Part shown: positions 16,004-23,655 of the stretch, one piece after another
How the letters are laid out: each line of letters starts with the position of its first letter
Position numbering within the stretch: position 1 is the first letter of the stretch
Virus record (IMG/VR): IMGVR_UViG_3300016478_000206
Coordinates: 1 to 28,263 of that record
DNA from: a virus
Taxonomy: Duplodnaviria; Caudoviricetes
DNA: 28,263 nt
Strand: one strand, 5' to 3'
The notes under the pieces: generated by a model
What the model saw: the letters and a program-made list of their open reading frames with translations, nothing else
The model's database searches: none
What the model was told of the DNA's origin: nothing
Position numbers and translations under genes: made by a program

Positions 16004-17413
16004 ATGGCCCTGAGCATCAAGAAGCAGACCATCACCGGCAGTTTGTCGGTGTCGATCGTTTCTGCGCCAGTGTCCATACCCAGCCAGGTGCTTTCTGTCA
16101 CTCTGGTGCAAGCAGTTAATCCCTCCCTGCAAGCGGACTTTGCTGCTCCGATGCAGACGATCACTGGCGCCTTGTCGGCGCTGGATATTGCTGCGCCAGT
16201 GGTCATCCCGATGCAGAGTATCTTCGGTGTTCGGCCCGAGGTGTCTGCCGCCATCGGAATCCCAGCGCAACAGGTGCAGGCTGAAATGTTCCAGCCTGTG
16301 CTGGGCATTCCGATGCAGCAGGTGACTGCAGAGGTTGCTGTTCCGCTGGAGGTGCAGGGCACGGTTGCTATACCGATGCAGCAGTGGCCGCAGTATGTTT
16401 TTGGGAGCATCCATGGATCGCTGCCAGTCGTGCAGTGCGCCATATCGGGCTATGTGGGCTACTCAATCACGACAAGCCTTCCGGGTGTGCAGTCCGCCAT
16501 TGCTGTCATCAATGGGGCGGCAATCTCAGCCCATGGCGTGCTGCCTGGGCTGCAGGCTGCAATTGCGGTGGAGCGGCCTGCAGAGATTGCCGCACGACTA
16601 CCCCTGGTGCGGTCGGCAATGGTGTGTGTTGCTGGCCCTGCCGCCAGCCTGGATGCCAAACTGCCAACGGTGGGCGCCAAGCTGCTTGTCCTGGCCGGGC
16701 CTGCGATCCGCATTGCGGGCACCATCCCCGGCGTGTCGGCGTCGATTACTGGCAGCGCCGTCGCCGTGGGCACGGTGCGCGGGGCACTGGCTGCACCTCG
16801 GGCCACCATCAGCGCGACCACTGGAACCGTGGCGAGCATTCACGCTGCTGTGCCCCTCGGGCTGCGCAGCAGCATGCTCCTGTGGGTGCAGCCGCAGATT
16901 GATCTGAATGCAGCGCTGCCTGCCATCAGGGCCAGGCTGAACCTGCGTGCACTGGAGCAGGCAGCCGATGTCATCAACTTCAACCTGCGCCGGGCAGCCG
17001 TGAGCATGCACGAAAGCGCGTTTGCCCCCCACTGCGTGGCCGAGGTGGACGGCGTGGTGTATGCGGCAGGCCCAGGGGGAATCTACGCCTACACCGGCAC
17101 CCTGGACGGAGCGGCGGACTTCGCGCAGCGCGTGACCTTCGCCAACCTTGACTACGGCACATCCAGGCTGAAGTTCCTGGATTCCTGCCTGGTGGAGGCT
17201 GACGCCACTGCCGCGCCCAAGGTGTGCGCCAAGGTGCCGCATGAGCCGGAATACCAGTACCTGGCACGCGGGCCAAAGCTGGGCACGCTCTACAGGGCTG
17301 CCCTGGGCCGTGGCCTGCGCCATCGCCGGGTGCAGTTCTCGGTGGAGGGCAGGGGAGTGCGCTCGCTGTCGAGCGTTGAGGTGCTGTTGCACGAGTCGCG
17401 CAGGGGGTTCTAA
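16004..17413 (+). CDS. Repeat-containing tail protein
   Basis: Recurrent IPMQ and LP(G/V/L/T)V units; globular C-terminus with GRGLR motif. Confidence 0.65.
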   Translation: MALSIKKQTITGSLSVSIVSAPVSIPSQVLSVTLVQAVNPSLQADFAAPMQTITGALSALDIAAPVVIPMQSIFGVRPEVSAAIGIPAQQVQAEMFQPVLGIPMQQVTAEVAVPLEVQGTVAIPMQQWPQYVFGSIHGSLPVVQCAISGYVGYSITTSLPGVQSAIAVINGAAISAHGVLPGLQAAIAVERPAEIAARLPLVRSAMVCVAGPAASLDAKLPTVGAKLLVLAGPAIRIAGTIPGVSASITGSAVAVGTVRGALAAPRATISATTGTVASIHAAVPLGLRSSMLLWVQPQIDLNAALPAIRARLNLRALEQAADVINFNLRRAAVSMHESAFAPHCVAEVDGVVYAAGPGGIYAYTGTLDGAADFAQRVTFANLDYGTSRLKFLDSCLVEADATAAPKVCAKVPHEPEYQYLARGPKLGTLYRAALGRGLRHRRVQFSVEGRGVRSLSSVEVLLHESRRGF

Positions 17414-17415
17414 GC

Positions 17416-19977
17416 ATGGCCCGTGTCGTTCCTGTTGGCCCCATTGACCCCGAACTGTACGCCTTCGCCAAGAAGGAGGCGGAGAAGGCCGAGCGCAATC
17501 CCAGGTATGTGCCCAAGAAAAGGGAAACGCCTGCGCACACGGTTTTCTATCGCCGGGCTGGGGCAACAGTGAAGGCGTTTGTGATCGACAAGATTGCGCC
17601 GATTACGTTTCCTTCTCCTGGCTCTGCGATACCGATCCGGCCCAATTTCTTGCATCTGCACAGCGAGCTACCAAAAAAAGTATATGGGAGGGCAAACCTG
17701 TCTATGTCGAACAGCCGGGAGTATTGCGACATAGACAGCCCACTGGGCAACTCTAGCTCCGCTTATGCGGACACCTTAGCAGCTAGGTATACGTTCTTTT
17801 TAGCAAGGACTTGGCTGATGGAGCATGTAGACGCCACAAACGCGAATGCATACGGTCGTCCTAATCGCGCAATCCAATACGCGCACGGTAACAGCGTTAT
17901 TCGGAACGCGATCCTTGCTAATTGGCGCGCGGAAGACGGGGAGTTCTCTCGGAGGCTGGCGCCGTGGCTCGATGAAGACGGGAATCTTCAATTGGGCATC
18001 GACACTGACGCAAATAATGGTGGCACGGTAATAAATACACACAGAGATGCATTCTCGCGTACACAGGGGCACACCGTCCAAAGCCACCGTTTCAGCGGTT
18101 ATCTCGGCGCACTTTGGTCCGCCAGACACAGCAGTTTCACTGAAACCGTGACTGTGGACGTTAGCGGAGTATTTCTAGCGGCAGACATACGTGATGCGCG
18201 AACCGACGAAGGGTATATAACCACGCAAAAATCCGCAATGCGGTCTACTGCATCTGCAAATATGAGCGATGCTAGCGTATATGGTGGTGATACTACGGCT
18301 CGCGCCGAAGTAAATTCGGATGTGGTGCAGTTTGGCCTGCATACGCCTGCGTGCTCTTTTAGTGGGGCGGTTATGTTCCCCGCCATACTGAACAAATTCA
18401 GTGCTACCGCATACATCGGGTCCCCCACCGGAAGTCTTAACTATGACATCCAGCTCTCGCCCGGCATATTCAAGAACCTCGACGACAAAGTGATATGTAA
18501 GGAGGGCGTGAGTGTTACGCGGAGTGTTGTAGGCTACGCATCACCAACGGAAAGGGATGCCGCCGTCCCCAGAAGATCATACATATATATCCTATGTTCC
18601 ACAGAGTCAGAGTTCCCTGGTGTAATGGTATGGGTGACAGCACTATCGCCAGAACTGCAACCTATTCTATACGGCGCGGAGGATAACGTAGTCAAGGCCG
18701 GGATGCTAGATATGTTTTCTATGCGTGGAGGTGATAATAGAGGTGCACCAAGCCTGTGGCCCCGCATGATCACCGACGGGATATGCACTAGATACGCATG
18801 GTTCTTTGTAAATAGATACTACGAGTACAGCGAACCTAGCCGAGACGTGTCCAACAAAATCTCTGTAATTGTCTTCCCAGACGGGGGCGATAACTGGTAC
18901 GACATCGAATCCTTGACGGTGCATTCAGTCGAGCTGATGAAGCGCACCCCACGATATGTTGTCGCTCCAGGAGAGTCGATATTCATTTCCATCGCCGAAA
19001 AGTATGGCAGTGCGAATGTCCCCCCGAGCCCTTACACAATAAACGGTATCGTGGAGGAAAAAGGCAGTGACGGTCAACCGACCGGGATGTACCTTGCAGG
19101 AGACGGCACCATCAGCGGGATACTTTCGGAGGAGGGGGTGACATTCGACATTTCACCCAGGCAGCCTCCAGGTGTCCCACGGGTTGTTGATGTCGAGGTA
19201 CAGACTGAACGCACGCATCCTGCGCGGGCCAGGTTCGAGGTGGTATCCGCCACTCCATGCGCCGCCTCGATGACGATTGAGCTGGTCAACCAAGGAGCTA
19301 TCCTTGCCGGACAGAGCGCAGTATTCTACTTGACAGTCACCGGCTTTGCGGACGGAGCAGTTATCCCATACGAGATTACTCTTGGCGACCAAAAAGTGGC
19401 CGAGCGTACTGCCGAAGTTGTAAGCGGCGTATCCGTGATATGGTTCGCACCCTCTGTATTCGCATCCTACATAGAAGAAGTCCGCGGATACAAATTATTA
19501 AATCCGTATGACAGCGGCGTCAGCACAAACAACTTCAAAATCTCCATAAAACATCAAGCGGCGCCGCCTCCATTATCGTTCTCTGTGCTGTACGGCACCA
19601 CAACGCACCAAACGCCCTCGGGTCGCCCAGAAACACCGAAGTTTTCCCTCCCGCACATCAACGCGGAAGTCATCCGGGACGGAAGAAGTGGGGACAAGGA
19701 GCGGTGGGTAATTTCATCGCGCTGCGGTTTGCTGGATAAAGTGTGGTACAGCATAAAAACAAAGCGCGCTTATGTCACTTACTGGGATGGTAAGTCGTGT
19801 GAGGTGTCCAACATCTTGAAGAAAAATCCAGAGTCTGGAAAGTACGAGTTCAACCCAGACTGGAAAGAAGTGCCATTTGACTACCCGCCTGCCGTTGATC
19901 CATTTGGAATTAAGGGAGCGCTTGAGCCATACGTGTACGCCTATATGGACTACGAAGCCAGCCTGACAGGCGAGTAA
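17416..19977 (+). CDS. Large tail-region protein (853 aa), candidate receptor-binding/host-range module
   Basis: Long ORF in the tail operon; visibly more AT-rich than its neighbours, with many ATA/GTA/AGA codons after about 17650. Confidence 0.65.
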   Translation: MARVVPVGPIDPELYAFAKKEAEKAERNPRYVPKKRETPAHTVFYRRAGATVKAFVIDKIAPITFPSPGSAIPIRPNFLHLHSELPKKVYGRANLSMSNSREYCDIDSPLGNSSSAYADTLAARYTFFLARTWLMEHVDATNANAYGRPNRAIQYAHGNSVIRNAILANWRAEDGEFSRRLAPWLDEDGNLQLGIDTDANNGGTVINTHRDAFSRTQGHTVQSHRFSGYLGALWSARHSSFTETVTVDVSGVFLAADIRDARTDEGYITTQKSAMRSTASANMSDASVYGGDTTARAEVNSDVVQFGLHTPACSFSGAVMFPAILNKFSATAYIGSPTGSLNYDIQLSPGIFKNLDDKVICKEGVSVTRSVVGYASPTERDAAVPRRSYIYILCSTESEFPGVMVWVTALSPELQPILYGAEDNVVKAGMLDMFSMRGGDNRGAPSLWPRMITDGICTRYAWFFVNRYYEYSEPSRDVSNKISVIVFPDGGDNWYDIESLTVHSVELMKRTPRYVVAPGESIFISIAEKYGSANVPPSPYTINGIVEEKGSDGQPTGMYLAGDGTISGILSEEGVTFDISPRQPPGVPRVVDVEVQTERTHPARARFEVVSATPCAASMTIELVNQGAILAGQSAVFYLTVTGFADGAVIPYEITLGDQKVAERTAEVVSGVSVIWFAPSVFASYIEEVRGYKLLNPYDSGVSTNNFKISIKHQAAPPPLSFSVLYGTTTHQTPSGRPETPKFSLPHINAEVIRDGRSGDKERWVISSRCGLLDKVWYSIKTKRAYVTYWDGKSCEVSNILKKNPESGKYEFNPDWKEVPFDYPPAVDPFGIKGALEPYVYAYMDYEASLTGE

Positions 19978-20001
19978 CAGAAACAAACCAAGGAATCACC
20001 C

Positions 20002-21837
20002 ATGGCAGTCTCAAAAATCATCGAAGAGTCCCAGGGCTACGCAAGGGACTGGGTTAGCAGCGCCGATTCGCTTGTCCAACGACTGGGCGATTTCTCGGGC
20101 CACCGTTGGCCAGAGAAAATCTATGTGCCCAACTGGAACGAGCTCCAGCCCGGCAGCGGCACGTTCACATCCAACCTGCTCGCACTGCTCAATGGGAATG
20201 CTTGGACTGGCGATGCAGACATCGGCAAGGTGACATTCGAGCAGCCGCCGAAATTCAACAGCGGCGACATCCCGAAGGCGCCCGCCTTCGACTTCGACAA
20301 GTTCAACGTGCCGGGGCTGAACGTCTCGCCCCCCCAGGTGAACATCGGCAAAGCACCGGCGCCACTGAAAGCATCGGCGCCCAACGCGCCGCACCTGAAC
20401 CCCGTCAGCATCCCCAGTGCGCCAACGCTGAACATCCCCGCCCCGGTGGAGGTTTCGACCACGATCAACCTGCCATCTGTGCCGACGATTGACCTGCCAC
20501 CGGCCCTTACATCGCTGGATTTCAGCTTTGTGGCGGCGGTGCCTGATGCGGCGTTCACGTTCCATTTCGATGAGGTGGCCTACAGCTCTGCGCTGCTGGA
20601 CGGGGTAAAGGCCAAGCTCCTGCACGACCTGCAGCACGGAGGCTACGGGATTGAGCCGGGTGACGAGGTTGCGCTGTGGGAGCGGGCGCGGGAGCGGGAG
20701 GCCGAGCTTGCCAGCCAGGAGCTGGACACGATCAGGCGGGATTTTGCGAGCCGGGGGTTCCTGTTGCCTCCGGGCGCCCTGTTTGCCGCCACAGAGGGCA
20801 TCCGTGCAAAAACCCTGGCGGGCGCGGCTTCGCTGTCTCGGGACGTTGCCCTCAAGCGCGCCGACCTGCTGGTCGAGAACCGGCAGTTCACCATTCAGCA
20901 GGCCCGTGAAGTAGAGGCGCTGCTGGTGAACATGCACATGGCGGCCATGGAGCGGGTGCTGCGCGCTGCTCAGATCAGCGCACAGTTTGCGGTTGAGGTG
21001 TTCCGCGCACGCGTGGAGAAGGCCAAGCTGCGGCTGGAAGCCATCCAGACCCAGGCGCAGACCTTCCGTGATGCAGTGGCGGCAGAGGCCCAGAAGGTCG
21101 AAATCTACCGGGCACAGCTCCAGGCAGAGCTGTCGAAGATGGAGATCGACAAGAACAGGGTGGAGCTGTACCGGGCGAAGCTGTCCGGGGTGGAGATGCT
21201 GGCCAACATCTACCGCATCCAGGTGCAGGCAGCCGAGGCGGCAATCAACGCCGAGCGCTCCAAGGTGGAAACCTACAAGGCCGAGATTGATGGCTACCTG
21301 GCCCTGGTTCGCGCCAAGGAGTCGGAGTTCTCGGGCTACGAGGCGCAGTTGCGCGGCGAGCAGACCAAGGTGCAGCTCTACGGCGAGCAGGTGCGTGCCT
21401 ACACGGCCCAGGCTGACGCCAAGAAGACCCAGGCGGACGTGAAAGCGCTGGAGGTGCGGGCCTACAGCGAAGCGATGGATGCTGCCATCCGCCGGTTCGA
21501 GGCGGAGGTGCGCGCCGTGGCCGAAAAGAATGGCGTCCTGCAGAAGGCAGACGAGGCCAAGTTGCGCGCGTTCACCGCCAAGATGGACGCTCTGAGGGCC
21601 AGGCTGTCCGGGGCTGAGAGCTATGCGCAGGTAGGTATCAATGAGGAAGTGCAGCGCACGCGCAACCGCCTGGAGGCTTCGCGCCTGTCCGTGGATGCGG
21701 CCAAGGCGCAGATTGCGCTGAATCTGGATTCAGACCGCTTCCGCATGCAGGCGGCCGAGGCAGCCGTGGGCGTGTACAAGGAAATGGTGATGGGTGCGCT
21801 GGGGGCGCTCAACTCCATTGCTTCGCTGTCCGAGTGA
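20002..21837 (+). CDS. Virion protein with Pro-rich N-terminus and long coiled coil
   Basis: AAGGA SD; repeated KVE.Y.A-like helical units; last gene before late promoter 3. Confidence 0.7.
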   Translation: MAVSKIIEESQGYARDWVSSADSLVQRLGDFSGHRWPEKIYVPNWNELQPGSGTFTSNLLALLNGNAWTGDADIGKVTFEQPPKFNSGDIPKAPAFDFDKFNVPGLNVSPPQVNIGKAPAPLKASAPNAPHLNPVSIPSAPTLNIPAPVEVSTTINLPSVPTIDLPPALTSLDFSFVAAVPDAAFTFHFDEVAYSSALLDGVKAKLLHDLQHGGYGIEPGDEVALWERAREREAELASQELDTIRRDFASRGFLLPPGALFAATEGIRAKTLAGAASLSRDVALKRADLLVENRQFTIQQAREVEALLVNMHMAAMERVLRAAQISAQFAVEVFRARVEKAKLRLEAIQTQAQTFRDAVAAEAQKVEIYRAQLQAELSKMEIDKNRVELYRAKLSGVEMLANIYRIQVQAAEAAINAERSKVETYKAEIDGYLALVRAKESEFSGYEAQLRGEQTKVQLYGEQVRAYTAQADAKKTQADVKALEVRAYSEAMDAAIRRFEAEVRAVAEKNGVLQKADEAKLRAFTAKMDALRARLSGAESYAQVGINEEVQRTRNRLEASRLSVDAAKAQIALNLDSDRFRMQAAEAAVGVYKEMVMGALGALNSIASLSE

Positions 21838-21848
21838 TCGCGGGCCGC

Positions 21849-21886
21849 GTATAGGGTTTGGCGTCAGCGCCACAGCCGCCGAGAAT
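21849..21886 (+). promoter_or_regulatory. Putative late promoter 3
   Basis: GTATAGGGTT-N22-GAGAAT. Confidence 0.65.
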
Positions 21887-21913
21887 GACGCAACGATATT
21901 CAAAGGATGCTCC

Positions 21914-21982
21914 ATGCGAGGCTTTCAACCCCAACATTTTGCAGACGGCGGCCTGGTTCAGGGCGTAAAACGGTTATTCGGC
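21914..21982 (+). pseudogene. 5' fragment (23 codons) of the IS-interrupted putative ejection-protein gene
   Basis: AAGGA SD then MRGFQPQHFADGGLVQGVKRLFG; joins in frame to ATG 23656 if 21983-23655 is removed; the FADGG motif recurs in the downstream part. Confidence 0.8.
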
Positions 21983-22200
21983 GTAAACAACCGTCAGCTA
22001 AAGCAGACGGCTTTTGATGCAACGCATTGAGCAACCTCATACGTTGGCGCATCTTGGACAGTTTCTGCCCAAAGGTTTGATTTATGCAGGATATTTACAG
22101 CAGCATTCATATCCCGATCAAGCACAAGTCCGCAGTCAGGGCAGTTATGCACCCTGTCGGCCAGTGTTTTTGGGTGAATGCTGCCGCAACCGGAGCAAGC
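21963..22200 (-). ncRNA. Predicted TnpB omega/reRNA; 5' boundary approximate
   Basis: Inferred from known IS605 biology: the scaffold overlaps the tnpB 3' end and right end, and the guide is read from flanking DNA below 21983. Confidence 0.55.
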
Positions 22201-23157
22201 TTGGCTGGTGTAGGCCGGGTTCACGAACTCGACTGTCTTGCCAGCGTTTTCAGCTTTGTAAGACAGGCAGTGAACAAACTTGCTCCACGCTGCATTGTGG
22301 ACAGACTTGGCAAGCATTCCGCGAGCCAAGCCCTTCACATTCAAATCCTCCAGCACGATGCCGTCGTATTGCGCGACAAGCCGCTTGCTGGTGGACTGGA
22401 TGAATTTCTCACGCTCACCCGCAACACGCCGGTGAACTTTCCGAACCGATGCTTTCGCGGCCTTCCATCCGCTACTGCCCTTCTTGCGGCGGGCAAGGCG
22501 GCGATTGGCCATGCGAAGCTGCCGGGCATTGTCCTTTGTGAACTGCGGCAGGGCCAGCGTTTCTCCTTCGCTGGTGGCGATGAAACTGGAAAGTCCCAGG
22601 TCAATGCCGACGACAGAATCAGGCACTACGGGCAGAACGTCATTGCACTCGAACTGGAGCGAAACGAACCATTTGCCATCGCGGCGGCTGACCGTAGCGG
22701 CCTTGATCTTCGCGCCATCAGGCAACTCGCGGTGCCAGCGCACCTTGATGCCTGCCGGGATACCAACGATGCGCAGGCGGTTGCCTTGCAGTCGCAAACC
22801 GTCACCGTAGGTGAACTCGGCGGTATTGAATCTTGCCGATGCCCTGAAGCGCGGGAACCCGGCTTTCTGGCCCCTCTTGACGCGGGCAAAAAACGCCTTG
22901 TATGCCTTGTCCAGCCGCTTCAAAACTTTCTGCTTGGCCGTGTGGCTGAACTGGCGGTATTGCTCGTCGAGCTCGCGAATCTCTTTCAGGCCCGCTGCCT
23001 GTTCGTTGTACGAGATAGTGACTCCAGCCTTGCGGTATGCGTCGATCCGGCTTTCGAGCGCGGCGTTGTACAGCCTGCAAAAGCACAGCAGCATCTCGCC
23101 CAGCTTCTCCGATTGGCTGGCCGTTGGGTAGACGCGGTATTTGTGCGAGCGGATCAA
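21994..23157 (-). CDS. tnpB: RNA-guided endonuclease TnpB
   Basis: KYRVYPT N-terminus; RuvC D-E-D triad (GIDLG, VLEDL, DRDMNAA); zinc finger CSGC/CPDC. Confidence 0.95.
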   Translation of the reverse strand: MIRSHKYRVYPTASQSEKLGEMLLCFCRLYNAALESRIDAYRKAGVTISYNEQAAGLKEIRELDEQYRQFSHTAKQKVLKRLDKAYKAFFARVKRGQKAGFPRFRASARFNTAEFTYGDGLRLQGNRLRIVGIPAGIKVRWHRELPDGAKIKAATVSRRDGKWFVSLQFECNDVLPVVPDSVVGIDLGLSSFIATSEGETLALPQFTKDNARQLRMANRRLARRKKGSSGWKAAKASVRKVHRRVAGEREKFIQSTSKRLVAQYDGIVLEDLNVKGLARGMLAKSVHNAAWSKFVHCLSYKAENAGKTVEFVNPAYTSQACSGCGSIHPKTLADRVHNCPDCGLVLDRDMNAAVNILHKSNLWAETVQDAPTYEVAQCVASKAVCFS

Positions 23158-23553
23158 TTACTTGCCCTTCTGCGATTCGATGTAGCGGCGGACAACCGCA
23201 TCAGAAACGGCGCCCACGGTGCCCGCGTAGTAGCTCCGGCTCCACAGTGTGGGCAGGCGGCTTCGGAGTGCGGGGAATTCACTACGCAGGATGCGGGACG
23301 ATGCGCCTTTCAGACGGTTGACGATCTCCGCAACGGAGTAAATCGGATCGGACTCTATGAACAGGTGGACATGATCCGGCATGACTTCCAGCACATGAAT
23401 CGTCCATACATGCTCCGCGCGAACATCCTCAATCACTTCGCGCAAGCGCTTCTCAATCGCACCCTCCAGCACGGGGCGACGATACTTCGGGCACCACACA
23501 AGGTGGTACTTGAGACTGAAAACCGCGCCGGAATTCTTGGCGTACTGCGACAT
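23158..23553 (-). CDS. tnpA: Y1 HUH transposase TnpA
   Basis: YHLVWCPKYRR, DHVH HUH motif, LWSRSYY, catalytic YIESQ. Confidence 0.95.
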   Translation of the reverse strand: MSQYAKNSGAVFSLKYHLVWCPKYRRPVLEGAIEKRLREVIEDVRAEHVWTIHVLEVMPDHVHLFIESDPIYSVAEIVNRLKGASSRILRSEFPALRSRLPTLWSRSYYAGTVGAVSDAVVRRYIESQKGK

Positions 23554-23560
23554 GCGGAAG

Positions 23561-23589
23561 ATTATACATCTTTCGCGTATCTATATCAA
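23561..23589 (-). promoter_or_regulatory. Sigma70 promoter of tnpA/tnpB
   Basis: TTGATA-17 bp-TATAAT; the tnpA ATG begins after only 7 further nt, suggesting a leaderless mRNA. Confidence 0.8.
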
Positions 23590-23655
23590 CCAACCAAAGG
23601 AGAAGCGGCGATTCCGCTGCCAGCTAAAGCAGGCAGTCCCCTCGCCGCGTAATTT

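Larger units (their letters stand above)
21983..23655 (-). mobile_element. IS200/IS605-family element (IS605 group), 1673 bp
   Basis: tnpA plus tnpB; subterminal hairpins sharing AGCTAAAGCAG (21991-22010, 23617-23636); target CCAT (minus strand 23659-23656), right end TTAC, no target duplication. Confidence 0.93.

Noticed and set aside
16004-21837. Diversity-generating retroelement or invertible tail cassette
   Set aside because: No reverse transcriptase, template/variable repeat pair, invertase or flanking inverted sites were seen in this window.
23155-23160. TnpA-TnpB read-through fusion
   Set aside because: The genes are in frame but separated by TAA, and an AAGGG SD-like sequence precedes the TTG start, so coupled initiation is the simpler explanation.
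21983-23655. IStron or Cas12/CRISPR locus
   Set aside because: The left end is only about 100 bp, too short for a group I intron core, and no repeat-spacer array is present.
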